Part shown: one piece after another, positions 52,340-64,000 of the stretch
Numbering within the stretch: the stretch's first letter is position 1
Layout of the letters: each line of letters opens with the position of its first letter
NCBI GenBank assembly: GCA_036172245.1
Contig: JAYWIR010000060.1
Span: 1-64,000, forward strand
Reading direction: 5' to 3'
Length of the DNA stretch: 64,000 nucleotides
DNA from: Raillietiella orientalis
Lineage: Eukaryota
Notes under the pieces: generated by a model
Databases searched by the model: none
The model's input: only the letters and a program-made list of their open reading frames with translations
What the model was told of the DNA's origin: nothing
Program-made: the position numbers and the translations under genes

Positions 52340-54010
52340 CGGTGAACACACGTTTGATAAGAAAAATGTTTGATTCGTGGAGAAGCGGGGATATTTTCAG
52401 CGGGCTTCCTTTTGCAGAGGCTGAGGAATCTCTACTTCTAGATCGGGAAGGCAACTCTCACGAAAACCAGGTATCTGCGCTGATTGCACTGGAATTCCCA
52501 AAGCAGAAACAGCAGGACATCCTGTTTCCATTGTAGCAGGAACACGGAGAGTGTCCCCTCACGCAAGGAAGGGACCACGAATCATTCGGGAAGCACAGCA
52601 AGCAGGTGACTCCCTCAGGGAGAAGAAGTCCCTTCTTCGCTCTGAGGGAAACGAAGAGTCGCGGCGTTCACCAGCTCGCTATCTTGCAGCCGCCTCGACC
52701 CCTGCAGTTTTTCAGGATGACTCCCGACCCGCTGGTTGGCTGCTGTCATTGCTTTCCCTGAGGGAGGCAATGCTGCGCCAAGGAGGGTAACGGCTATCGG
52801 GGGACCATTGCGCCCAGTCCTGAAGGATATCTTTCAGCGATTTGCTTATGGCATTCTGCAGGGGCCGCAGTTCCAAAGTTGCGACCCAGGACTCCCATCT
52901 CTACTTCCAGATGCTTGCATCTTTGGAGTCTGCGGATCTACTGGTATGCTTTCCATAGAAATTATGGAACGAAGGCGAGCCAAGAAATGGGACAGAGTGC
53001 GTGTCAAGGTCCATGCAGATCAGTAGCGGTGAAGGCTTGCGACCCTCTGCTTCTTGATCTGGGACGATCAACTCTTGCGTCGTACGGCACCGTCCCTCAA
53101 GCATTCAGCAGGAAGCCACGCTCGACCCCGTTTGCATAGGGTTCCTCACTTCCTTCAGACCCGCCGTGGGATTCCAGAAGTCGGCCTCGAGCCTGACAGA
53201 CGTCCACAGACGATGGGTCAAACAGACGTCCTTGCTATAGCGGATTCTAGAAACGACCGCAGGCTGCTTCATCTTCCCCGCATGCAACCGGGACATCCGG
53301 GGCTCCTTCGACAGCCTGCCATTTTGATGAATGCCTTTCACGTTCCGCAGATCGAATGCTCTGCCACCGCCAAGGTTTCTGCCACGGCTGGGGGCCATCG
53401 CGATCTCCGCGGATTTCGTGGCTGCGTCTGCATGTTTTTGCGCTTCCCCAGCCTCTCTGGGTCCTGCTGTCGCATCCTTAGACGAGAAACGCGCATCCAA
53501 GACTGCGTTCCGCGTTTTCTTCCGAAGAGGAACATCAGCTCGTGGCGCGGAGCCACTCCGAGTAGCCTCTGTTTGAAGAACACCAAATTCCGTCTCCCAC
53601 CAGCGGATCTATTGGTGCGCTTCCCTCTCTTACCTTCGCCTGTGGATGTGGGAGTGTGGTGGCCAATGTGCGACGCAAAGTCCCGTTCCGCATTTGGGGT
53701 CGCCTCCCTTCCTTCGGCATCTCCTCCGATTGGAGGAAGGTTCAGACTAGCCGCACGCAGGAAGATCGTGAACCAACCTGTGGTAGGGGTACGATCGGAT
53801 GCCCGTTGAAGCAGAGTGCACTCCGTGGCCTTCCCTTGGCCCTCGAGATTGCCAATCAGGGAAGGACTCCAGTCGCTGAGGACTGTGAGGCGCAAATTTC
53901 CACCGCACTCTTGCACGCCGAGGCCCACCCTGACCGAAGATCCAGCGTGTATGGATGGTTATTATGTATATGGATGTATATTTATATATAAGTATGTATT
54001 AAATAAATAA
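52340..54010 (+). mobile_element. Decayed L1/Tx1-like LINE RT relic with AT-rich 3' tail
   Basis: Ordered remnants KMFDS, QAGDSL, AVFQDD, IFQRFAY, LIW and RLPPADLLVR...PMCD, ending in tatata...aaataaataaa. Confidence 0.5.
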
Positions 54011-54299
54011 ATATGAATATCGAATTGTAAAGAATGAAAAGCAATGCCGACAATGACAGACAGCGCAAAGGAATAAAAAGTCAAGCAAATGAGGAAGAAA
54101 AAAAAAACGGAAAAGAAACTTGGCATTTCCTTTTTCCCTGTCCTTTCCGGCGTTCAGAAAATGGCGCTTCCTCAACAATCGAAGCATTCGCTTCACGTCG
54201 GATACACACATACATGTGTTTATAATTCGGTATTTATGTATTCATTTCATATGCATCTATTAGGCGCATAAATGTAGATGAATACGTAAAATGAGTATA

Positions 54300-54830
54300 T
54301 GTGCTTGTTTTTCATGATCGTTCGGGGTTTCGGCGTTCGGGATTCTGGACCAAGCGCCGAAATCGTTCGGGCCTACCGTCCTCGCGCATGCCCAAGGGAC
54401 GCAAAAGCTCGGAAGGGGGGCAACGCAAGAAGCCAACAGCAACCCCTCCTCACCCGCGCCATCGACAAGGCCCACCGAGAGCTGGAGAAGCTGGCGGTTC
54501 GTCGTCAGGCCACCGGAGTAGCCGGCGCGAACATGGCGTCGGCTGCCGAGTGGGGCCATCTTTCGGAAGATGTTAGGAGCGATATCACCGGCATCCATAT
54601 CCGGTTCTGAAGGAAAGGAACGGCCGAAACCAAAGACCCCTGTCCCCTACCCTCCCATATCTTTATTTATATTTTTTATATGTATTTTTGTGGTCCCCTC
54701 CCTCCCGTTCCGGACTTCCGGTATACCGACCTGCGTGTCGGGGATCCCTCTATTCGTTTTTCTGTGTCCTTTGTCCGGGAACTCTGTTCCCGGATAGTTT
54801 TGAAATAAACGCCCCGGCGCACCCGGGTGA
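54300..54830 (+). mobile_element. Probable 3' end of a LINE (ORF2 C-terminus and C/T-rich UTR)
   Basis: The ORF ends at 54610 and is followed by a C-rich / T-rich / C-rich UTR and aaataaacgccccgg, similar to 61060-61280. Confidence 0.4.
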
Positions 54831-57800
54831 CAAACAGCAACCCCTGCGAGGCACCCTCTTCGATTGGCACCCGCTGGCGTCGGGGCGAGGCGCCCTCTTG
54901 GCGGGGGGGGACCGGATGCGCGCGCGAGGGAAGCGTGTCGGGAGATGCGCGTCAAGCATTCCAGCATGGAGAACGAGAGCGTTGCCTAGCTACGACACGC
55001 AGGCTCTCAACCTAGCGATTCCGCTTCCGTCTCGGCTGTAGGCGCCCCATGGTAGCGGATCTTTGCCCGCGGGGGCCAATTCTGTAGGTGATCAAAAAAA
55101 AAATACGCGGTGCTTTTGTGTCGCTCTGTAGAGGTCCCTGATCGGTGTCGGACGGGGTGTTCGACTATGCGCCTCCCCTGAGGATGCGGGCCTGAAGCGC
55201 TCCCCTTCACCGCGAGCACCGAAGAACGCGTCTTCCTCGCGTTCTTCAGTGCTTCGGGGGCGTGCGCGACGAGCAGCCCTCTGGAGCAGCCGCTTCCCCG
55301 AGCTTTTCACGAGGGAGGGACTGCGGGAAACCGAGCCCCGCTCGGCCTGCTCGCTCCACGACGAGCGGCATCACCTTCAAGAAACTTCCGGGAACGATCC
55401 GGACCCGAAGCGGAACTGCCGCATAGATGGTCGCGCCCACCATCCTGCCACCTCCCCCATCGTCCGCGAGTGGGCCACGCCGCGGAACGAGCAGGAAGAG
55501 GAGGTGGCGCGCGCGCCCCCAACCGCTTTCCGGAGGATCGGAAAATGAGGGAGGAGGGAACGGTGAACGCCCACACCTCAGGTGGAACGAGTCGGAGCTC
55601 CCAGGGCCCATCGCAGTCCCGCGGGTCGACTCGGGAAGATCGGGCTCGCGGCCAGGAGTATTCGGTGGGGGGAGAGCGGGCCCACGAGTGCCTGCCAAGC
55701 GGGAGGTATTCTTAGTACCGCGAGCGCGCGGGGACAACGCATGCCGCCTCGGAGAGTCAGCCGTGTGGCGGCGACGCGCACGCGCGGATGCGCTCTTCCG
55801 CGGCGGCGGCAGGGGCTGCTGGCCTGGCTGGGAGCCCCTTCGCCAGCAGGGCGGATGGTGGCTGCTGATGGGGATGGTCCCCCTGGCGCGCGTGCGACCC
55901 GTGCGCTAGGCGCCGACTTGCGTGCGGTCACCTTCGCGGATTGCGCTCCCGGATTTGTAGCTCGTGGCTCGCACCGCTTTACCCGCGTGTCCCCGTGGCC
56001 GGGGTGGGGCCGGGGAAAGGAGGAAGGAACGCCATCCCGTTCGCTTCTCCTCGCTTTTGCCCCTCGCCAGTCGCTGCCGACTGCGAAAGGTGTGCGCGGG
56101 ACGCAGCGGAGGGGTGGAGTCATCGCGGGCCTCCCTTTTCCGCAAACAGGGCTCCTCACCTGCGGGCGTGTCTCTCCATCGTTGAAGGGTGAGCATTCGA
56201 AAGGTCTACTTGCCTCCCGTGCATAGGCTCCTTACAAACAGCTGCAGGGAAACGACAGCCCTGAAATCAAAACGTGATTACGTCAGCGGCGAACGGACTC
56301 GCGCGCATGCGTATCCATGTGCACAACCACTGCAAGCAAAAATCGTAGCGTGCATCATCTATCGTCATCACGTTTTCCTTTTTTTTCACACGTCCTGCAG
56401 AACAGCGCTTGCGAAAATGCGCGTGCGTGGGTTCTCCGGAGACTGGTGGAAGAGTCCGAGGGTCTGCACTCACCGAATGGCGACGAAACACCGCCTGGCG
56501 GCCGCAGTCGGAAGCATCCTCCGGCGAAGGACGACAAGTCACATGGACGCCGTGCTCTGGAGGGCGTCGCGGAGGCCCGTTTTCTACTCCCGGCCGATTC
56601 CGACCGACACCTGCCGAGCGAAACTCGAGGCGGTCTGAGCGCCGACCTCTGCAAGCAGTTAACAGGGAGAATCTTCCAGGAGCGGCAGCCCGCCCTTCCT
56701 CACCGGCCGCGAGACAGGGGGAGCGCTTCCGGCTCCTGGACCGCTCTACGCCAGCGCCGCCGGGTGTTCCCAAGGCCGCAGCAAGAGGTCGGGTCCGGGT
56801 CTGAAGGGTTCCCGACAGAGCGGACGTGCTCGCAGCGCTGTGCGCCCCCTACCGGGACGGGTGTCAGAGTGCCCGCTTCCTCCGTGCCATCCGGTCATCC
56901 ACCCATCCGCCTGATGGCGTCTCCACGTGCTGCGCCCAAATCGCATGTGCTCGGACAGGCGACGTAGCGATCGCGAGGAGCCCATCTTCACCGGAGAAGC
57001 GAGAGAACCCAAACCCGGGAAAAGGGTGCTCTCAAATCAACCCATCTTGGATATAATCCCGAAACCGTGGCAGCAACGGGGCAAAGGGAACGTCCAGGCG
57101 CTGCCGCCTGACCACATTCGCGCGTGCAGCACTCCCTCTAATCCTCTCGGCCTAGCAGGCACCGAGGCACCCGAACGCTCATTTCCTCTCACGGGAACTC
57201 GACACCCGCTGCAAGGGCGTGGTCCCCAGCAGAGTCCGCGAACCCAGCAGCTCTGTCCGGCGAAGCCGCGTCCTACGCGGACGAAGGCACGTGCCGCAAG
57301 AAGCGACCGCTTCCCTCCGCATTCCAGCCACGCCTCCGCAAGAGGTCGAGGCACTCGCGGCCTCCCAGAGTTGGCGTCGCTGGTACGAGTACCGTGGGAA
57401 GAGACGCCACAAACGCCCAAGACGATCTGCGGAATCCATTTCGACTCCGAAAAGCTTCTTCGAGCCAGGGCAGAAGAGGAGAGCTCATGCGCGCAGCCTC
57501 CAACCGGGAAAGTTCGTTCGACCCGCTGCGTTGCCCTTCACACCGCAGGCCACGTCCTGGAATTTCCGTTCCGTCGTCAGAGCCCTCCAAGAAGGCCCTT
57601 CGGGAAAAAGGCGCTGCCTCGCACTGCGGCCGCAGTCGCATCTTTTGGCCGTCGCCCCACGCGCGTGCAGGAGGCTGCTTCACAGGAGACGACAAGCAGC
57701 CCGCACCCGCAAGAGCGATGCACCAAGTTCAGATAGGTCGCCGGAGCTCCTAAAGGTCATTCCGCCGCTGCGTCTGGAAAGCTGCTTGGCTGTGGAAGAA

Positions 57801-57845
57801 CGGAATTTGCTCCCCAGTTCTTCCCCATAAAAAAAGACTGCCCAT

Positions 57846-58978
57846 CTACAGAGCTCCTTTATTCTGCAAGGAATGGAAATCTTTGAAGCTGACGGTGATG
57901 TACGCGTAATAACACGCGTATCGGGCTAGCTGATCCGAAAGTTCAAATTGAACATAGAAGTTCAAGTTGTACAACGGCAAGGATTGGGGAAGAAAGAAAT
58001 GCCATCTTTCACTGAAGCTGTATGGCGTGCCCTTGCACGTTCCGAACACTCCCGCCAGAGAGTCCAGGACCTGGCAAAAGTCTTTGTAGTGGCAGCTTCC
58101 CACTCCGTAAATGCAAGGGATCTTAATCCATGCTTTGCCCAAGCCTATTTCCAGCGTAAGATCCAGCTGAAAAAGGAAACTCGTGGTCGCGTGTGGGGTG
58201 CCCTTGCCAATGCCGTGCACGCGCTCCGAAAGACTTTCGAGAGACGCAGCAGCAGCAAAGGAAACGAAACCAACTCACCGAGAAGCTGTCGTTTATGAGA
58301 GCCTCCTTCCAATATCCCTCCAAGTTCAATTCAAATGGTCCGGGAAAAACGATGGGATTCGTGAAGTTGGTATTGAAATCGAGAAGGTCGCTCGGCCACC
58401 AGGAGCAACTTTCAAATCTTCCCCAACTTCCCTGAGAGAGGAGGACAAAAAAACTCGATGAAGCCGAGCCGTCGCGCAATCCCCACGCCGCAGCCACGAC
58501 GACGGGCGTGACGTCACGATCGACAGGTTCCACGTCCGGGCAGAGAAGCTCCCACCCGCCAGCAGGGAGCAGAGGGAAGTGTGCGCTTCCGCGCCTTCGG
58601 CCAGCAGCTGGAGGTCCGTCAGACAGTCCCACCGGGACAGAAGCTACAGCCACGCGACTGCATTGCCGCGAGCGCTCTCCAGACCGCCGCAGCGACACAG
58701 GAGCGCGACAGGCTCGTCCTCGCAAGGACCATCTCCATCCGGGTGCGTCGTTCACAGCAGGAGGGCACGGTGGTGGCGAAGGGAACGCGCGAGAGCGCGT
58801 GCCTCGCCGCCGGCGGACGTCGCGAAGCCTCCATGTCCTCCGCGTCCGACTCGAGCCAACCGCTTACCTCTTTGTGGACAGGAAAACTCGCCGGATGGCT
58901 TGGGTGGTGACGTCTCGCCCCGACACCTTTCGCGGGACCAGTCACGATGGCCAGGGCCAAAAGAAGCTCACGGATCAT
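57846..58978 (-). CDS. GM2-activator-like protein, copy D (exons 58978-58868, 58431-58279, 58166-57846; ~194 aa, 6 Cys)
   Basis: Signal peptide MIRELLLALAIVTG; RFESC...NPIVFPG; LDLTLEIGLGKAWIKIPCIYGVGSCHYKDFC...YACY. Same phase-0 intron positions as copies A-C. Confidence 0.88.
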
Positions 58979-60130
58979 CTTGATCACCGTGGGAAGTGAC
59001 GCTCTTGCAATTCGAGATGCCGAGAGGCGAAGCCGAAGTCAGCAGTCCGAAAGATCGACAGCAAGGCGAAGCCTGGCGTCCGTCGCTTTTAAGAGAAGTC
59101 TCTTCGGTGTCCATGACGTTATCGAATCCTTTATCTACCACCCGGGATGAAGGGCCGGGGAAGAGGCAGATGCTGGGTCAGCTCTTGGAATCAGTGGGAA
59201 CGCACCTGACGTCATGGAAACGAACGGAAAAGCTCACGCAAACATCTGCAGGTTCCCATCAAACGTGTTCCTGGAAAACCCTGTGGTTCGAAGCTGGGAA
59301 GGCGCATTTGCAGTAGGTGACTCCGAAGATCGAGCATCACTGGGGGCAGCGAAGGTCCTCGATCCGGGTTCACACTGTTGGGATCTGTCGAGGTGTTTTT
59401 TGGGGGAAGTAGCAGGATGGATGTGGTGAGGATGAGTGCTGCTGCCGATGCCAGAGCATTCTTTCGAAGAGCGACCTCAGTAGTCTCATGGAGACAGAGC
59501 CCACGGTCTCTACTGCTTGAGGGGTTCTGTCGCGCACGGACTGAAGTGTTCCATAACACGGAAGTCTGTGCTGTGCTATCTCCCTCTTCCCCGTCGTGCA
59601 GACATTTTGGAAGGATGCGTTCCCTGTTGATGAGTTGCCAGCTCTCGCTGCTGGAAGAATTCAACAGCAGCCAGAGGTCTCACAGAGGGAGATAAGGTCA
59701 GGAACCTCTCCCCAGCTGAAGTGGCACTCAGATTGTCTCCGTGCATCGCTCCTGGTGAAGCAGGCAGCAGCGTTCCCTTCCCTTCTGTTTCTTTCCTAGT
59801 GGCTTTATGCTTCCAAGCGGGTTAGGGCAGAATGGAGATGCGTGAAGAGTCAGAGTGCGTTTGATGCAGTTGATTTCACTAGGAAGATCTTTGCGGTCAC
59901 TGGCTTCCTCCCGATGATTGCAAGCAGAGGCTACACGCGTGTCAGCATCGCTTCGAGGATCTCTCATGCCGGTGTTCGTTGCCATGACGAACCCAACGAA
60001 TAACGTGCGGCTCTCCGCAGCGAGGCACATGTCTCCAAGTGAAATTTTGGGATGTTTCCTTGGAGCCATCAAGGACGTGGAGGTTTCGGCAAGTTGCAAA
60101 TCGAAGGGACCTCTGTGTAGTTGCTTAATT

Positions 60131-60194
60131 GGCGGCCGTGTGGCTGTGGTCTCCCCTCGCAGTACCGAGAGTTGCGGGTTCGAATCCCGCCCGC
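60131..60194 (+). repeat. tRNA-like / SINE head with an intact T-arm
   Basis: gcggg-ttcgaat-cccgc is a perfect T stem-loop, but I could not build canonical D or anticodon arms. Downstream sequence (gaggtccttccaggaac; 61290-61570) resembles 3980-4420. Confidence 0.55.
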
Positions 60195-60699
60195 AGAAGG
60201 ATCTACGCCGAGAAATGGGTGCGTAGTGGGTTTCGAGTCTTTCTTCCTCAGGACGGCTCTGGTTGGCCTCCGTTGGCCTCGGGTAGGGCACTGATGGAAA
60301 CTAAATGCCCCCGTTGCCTTGCCGGGACTGGATGTTGACCTTTCGAGGTCCTTCCAGGAACCAGGAGTCCTTCGGGGTTCCCCTCCGATTGCGCAAATAG
60401 AGCCGCACCCCACCCCTCGGGTGGGGCTCCTCCATCGCGTACCATGGAACAGGTATATGGAGGAAACCTTCCCAGAGTGAGTGAAGAAGCGCGCTGCTCC
60501 TTTCGGGGAGCGCTCCGGCAGATCCTTGAAGAGCCCGAAAAGAGTGCGTATGCAGGAATAACCTCCCTTGCCACGGTATCTCTCTCCCTGAGGAAACGCA
60601 CGAGCGGCAGCATTCCGACAAGATGGGACGTCTCCGTGGAAGTCTCTCGGAGAGAGAAAAGAAGTACGTGAATGGACAAGGGTCCGGTTTATACGAACG

Positions 60700-61280
60700 C
60701 TGAGACCTGAGTGTCCCACCCCGAGGACTATTGCGCTGGGTGGAGGTACTGGGCATTCCAGTTGACCCTAGGGCGACCCTGGGAACACCTGGAGGCAACT
60801 CCAGGGACGCTCTCAAACCCCTCCTCGTTCACGACGCCCTTCGACCTGCCGGCGAGGCTGCTGGCTCTCTGCTGCCTACGCGGGACCGTCGCTGACTGGG
60901 GAAACGCAAGAGGACCCAGCGGCAGGGGTGCCACATTCACTTCGCCGTCCGCTTCATGAGGATGCAACGAGCTGGCCCATCTGAAGCACTGCATGTAGCA
61001 AAAGCTTGCAGGAATCCTCCAAAGGATGCGAGGACCGCCACCAGCAGGACGTGACCCCTTTCCGCCCCCGCGCTCCCACCCTCAAAGTTTATTTATTTAT
61101 TTTTATTTTTGCTTCGTTTTTTTGTTGTTTGCCCCCCTTTCCTCTGCTCCCGTGGCGGATCTCACCGGGAGAATTAGTCACCCGGCAGGCTCCCGTTGGA
61201 ATGCACGTGGTTGGACCACCGATCTAACCACAATCCGTTGTAAATATTTATTTCTACATTAAATAAATGCCCCGGCCCGC
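60700..61280 (+). mobile_element. Probable LINE 3' fragment inserted within the tRNA-headed repeat
   Basis: C-rich / T-rich UTR-like tract ending in aaataaatgccccgg, lying between two blocks homologous to 3760-4420. The left boundary is uncertain. Confidence 0.35.
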
Positions 61281-61749
61281 CCGGATGAGAGCTCTCTTCG
61301 AGGAGCGCCCTTTTTAGAAATTGGGAGGCGTCACTTCCGGGTTTTCTTCAGAGGAGCAAACAGGGAGCGGATCATTCCAGGTTTCTTTCGGAGAAGGAAA
61401 TTAGGGGTACACCCCCTCCGAGAAACCCCTCTGGAGTGAATAAGGGAAAGGATTCCTTCAGGGTTCCCTTCGGAGACAACCAGGGTAGGCTATCCCTACT
61501 AAACGTGAAAGGAAGGGACTCTTCCCCCGAAGTCTTCCTGGGTCCTTCCGGAGTCACCCCTAACTCGAAGATTTAGAGTTAGGGAAGAGTTAGGGTTCAT
61601 CCGGTAGTTCGACCGAAGACATGCCGACTACTTCCCTAAGAATGGATTTCTGATGTGACCCTCAGCACCGCAAAAAAAATACCCATCCCATGACGACCTA
61701 CTCCAGTTGTTCCTTGTAGTAACGGCAGGCGGAAAGCCCCGCAAGCAGA

Positions 61750-62350
61750 AGAGGTCACACACGCAACACATCTCGCAGGTTACGCTTAGGCTGTGGACAC
61801 TCCGCTAAAGAAGCAGCAGTCCGTCTGAACCCTGGCGTTGAAGAGATGGTGGTGCCTTCTTGGTTTTGCTGTCTCTCGGAGCAACGGGATATGCCATCTT
61901 GAAGGCTCACGAATCGTGAGGACACGAACAGCCGTTCCTGTACAAAAACTACGGAGACCTTGTACCTCAATTGCAGTTGTTTCTCTAAGAAGTTGACCAC
62001 CTCTACGAGCACCAAACATACATCAAGCGGGTGCCTGCTGTTCCGCGGTCTGATGAGATTCATTGGGAGAATGGGAACCGCGCCTCAACAGATGGTAAAA
62101 AGTGGAAGAGCCTCCTACAGTTTCCGGTCCTCATGCGCGAAACGCAGCGTCAAACCCGGGTCCGAAGGTGCCTTGACTCTCGTCGGCATCTGCTCGCCCA
62201 CGAGGGAAAGCAAAGCATCGCGACGCTCCCGGGGCGCTCGAAGTCCGTGGGCTGGCTGGCTGGCTGGACTCGATGGCCACCCCGAGACGTTGCTGCCCAG
62301 TGCAGGTTTCTTGAGCGCTCCCGGCGAATTTCACATGTGTCCTGAGCTGC
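61750..62350 (+). mobile_element. Decayed BEL/Pao-like integrase relic
   Basis: LLFRGLMRFIGRMGTAPQQM resembles FLxALxRFxxRRGxP, and RSPWAGWL resembles APWxGGxWE. Confidence 0.4.
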
Positions 62351-63904
62351 ATCCTTCTAGGAAGATGGAAGTTCGTACGCTTGCAGGCGTCTATTCATGA
62401 GGTACACGTCCGCTGCACGCTCTCGCGCACGCACGTACGCATGCATTGAAGACCCCAAAGTACGAATTGGATTGCAGAGAAAACGGCGTGCATCTTAGCG
62501 CCAATTGAAAAAGAGCCGTCCGCCGAGCTCCAGTTCCAGCTCCCTACATCCTGAGGGGAGCACAACGGAGGGCGGTCTCTTTTGGGTTCGCGACTCAAGG
62601 GAAAAGGGAAAAGAATGACGTCATGTGCGCGTAGTTCCGCCTTTGGTGTTGCCGCCAGTCGGCGTCCTTCCATTCTCGTAACTGGCGCGAGTGACGCAGA
62701 CGCAGCAACCGCGGCTGGCGGAAGGTGTCCGCGTGACCTCTCGGTCGCTCACCGTGGTCCCGAGAGACCACTCCGGGAGACAGAGTCCTTCCAGAAGGCT
62801 TGCCGGCGGATTCTGGAAAGGAGAGCTCAACGGAGATTGTAGTCTCCGACCCTCGACGCGCTCCATGACCGGATCGGTTTCCTTGGACGCCGTCTCCACC
62901 GTCTCCGTCTTGAAAGCGGAGCCGTCGCTCTGCGCCAAGGCTCCGGCCTGGGTTCGAGTGATGGAGGCGCGCCGGCACACCCAGCCGAGCGCGTTCATCC
63001 GGAGGGGTGTGCCTCTGCAGAGAGGCCGACGTCCAGACGACTAAGGAGCGGCAGAAACCCGCCATGTTCCCGATTCCGCTCGCCGTTACGGGAAAAGGGC
63101 TGCTTCGTGCTGCTTCTCGGGCAGTGAACCGGATGAGGGAGGCTGGAACTTGCGGAGGGGAAAAATCTCCGATCCCGAAATTGCCACCGCTCGAACGAGT
63201 CTACTCCCTTCGCCCCACCTTCGCCGCTTCGTCGTGGAGCGCGATGGGACTTCTGGATTGATTTATAGAATGTGGTCATCATCCCTACCCATCCCAGACC
63301 TTTTCTACACAAAAGCTCCTAGGGTGCTAGGGGGGGGAACCCGACGGGCATCGGTTAGGATGGGCGTTGCATGGGAGGCCCCAGTGTAGCAGAAGGAGAA
63401 GCGCCGACGCCCGCCACTCGAGAGGGGGGGAGCGGTCGTTCGGGAGCGCTGGGGACCGCTCTCGAGGTCTTCGCGGAGGATTCCCAGTAGCTCGCCCCAG
63501 CGCACGAGTGGGGTCGACACTCGGGAAGGCAGCGTCTGTGCTCCGACGATCATCCCCTGCGACGAATTCCACGGGAGACCACGACGACGGAGGACCTCGC
63601 GACGAAAGCAGTTTGCATCCGCGACTCGCTGACGTCACAAGAAAAGGTCCCGGAACCCGAGCATTCAAACAGTGGCGGCGGCGGAGGCACCTGCGTTCTT
63701 CAGCCTCGACATCCAGCGGCAAGGGAAGGCGAAATCTCGAAATCGGCAGCTTCCCCGACGCGCTCTCTTCTTCCTTTCCCGAAAGTGTTCCTGCCGGGAG
63801 TGGAAAGCAGGCGGCTCGGCTGCATACCTGCGAACGTTGCACGGGAGGCGGGCGGGTGCATAGGGAAATTAAACGCCGGCCGAAGGGGAAAGAGAGCGGC
63901 TCCC

Positions 63905-63912
63905 TATTTATA
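63905..63912 (-). promoter_or_regulatory. Possible TATA box (TATAAATA) in GC-rich context
   Basis: Reverse complement gcgggTATAAATAggga. No downstream gene could be identified. Confidence 0.3.
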
Positions 63913-64000
63913 CCCGCTTCGCACGCGTGGCGGGATGGCGAACCGCCATTTTCGTCATCCGGTTTCCGGATTGCGCGCTTCGAGCGAGAGGTCGCTGCGT

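Noticed and set aside
54900..57800. Long overlapping ORFs on both strands
   Set aside because: Expected in GC-rich DNA; low-complexity Arg/Pro/Gly/Ala translations with no domain.
59000..60100. CR1/Jockey-like RT relic (HETTEVAL, MLDL)
   Set aside because: Only two weak motif hints and no catalytic motif.
60131..60194. Functional tRNA gene
   Set aside because: Only the T-arm is convincing; I could not form a D arm or anticodon arm.
1..64000. CRISPR array, rRNA or prokaryotic operon
   Set aside because: No regularly spaced direct repeats or rRNA-like sequence were seen, and the genes have spliceosomal introns.

Overview
Eukaryotic genomic DNA, probably from an arthropod. This is inferred from the short GT-AG introns (many about 45-60 bp) and an arthropod-style CBM14 motif. 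The window is dominated by a large inverted duplication: two arms of about 13 kb (~4055-17096 and ~20182-33241), near-identical by eye, around a ~3.1 kb spacer. Each arm carries an intact three-exon GM2-activator-like (ML-fold lipid-binding) gene. The two genes differ strongly in one 171-bp block of exon 3: 29 of 57 amino acids change, with no indels and all Cys kept. Two further GM2AP-like paralogs lie at 37843-38685 and 57846-58978. The window also holds an intact UTP15 gene (44265-46234) and a chitin-binding CBM14 gene (~49094-51340). The rest is decayed transposons: many Tx1/L1-like LINE pieces, two Harbinger-like relics, LTR integrase relics and a tRNA-headed repeat. All alignments and counts were done by eye, and exon models are hand-built from splice signals.
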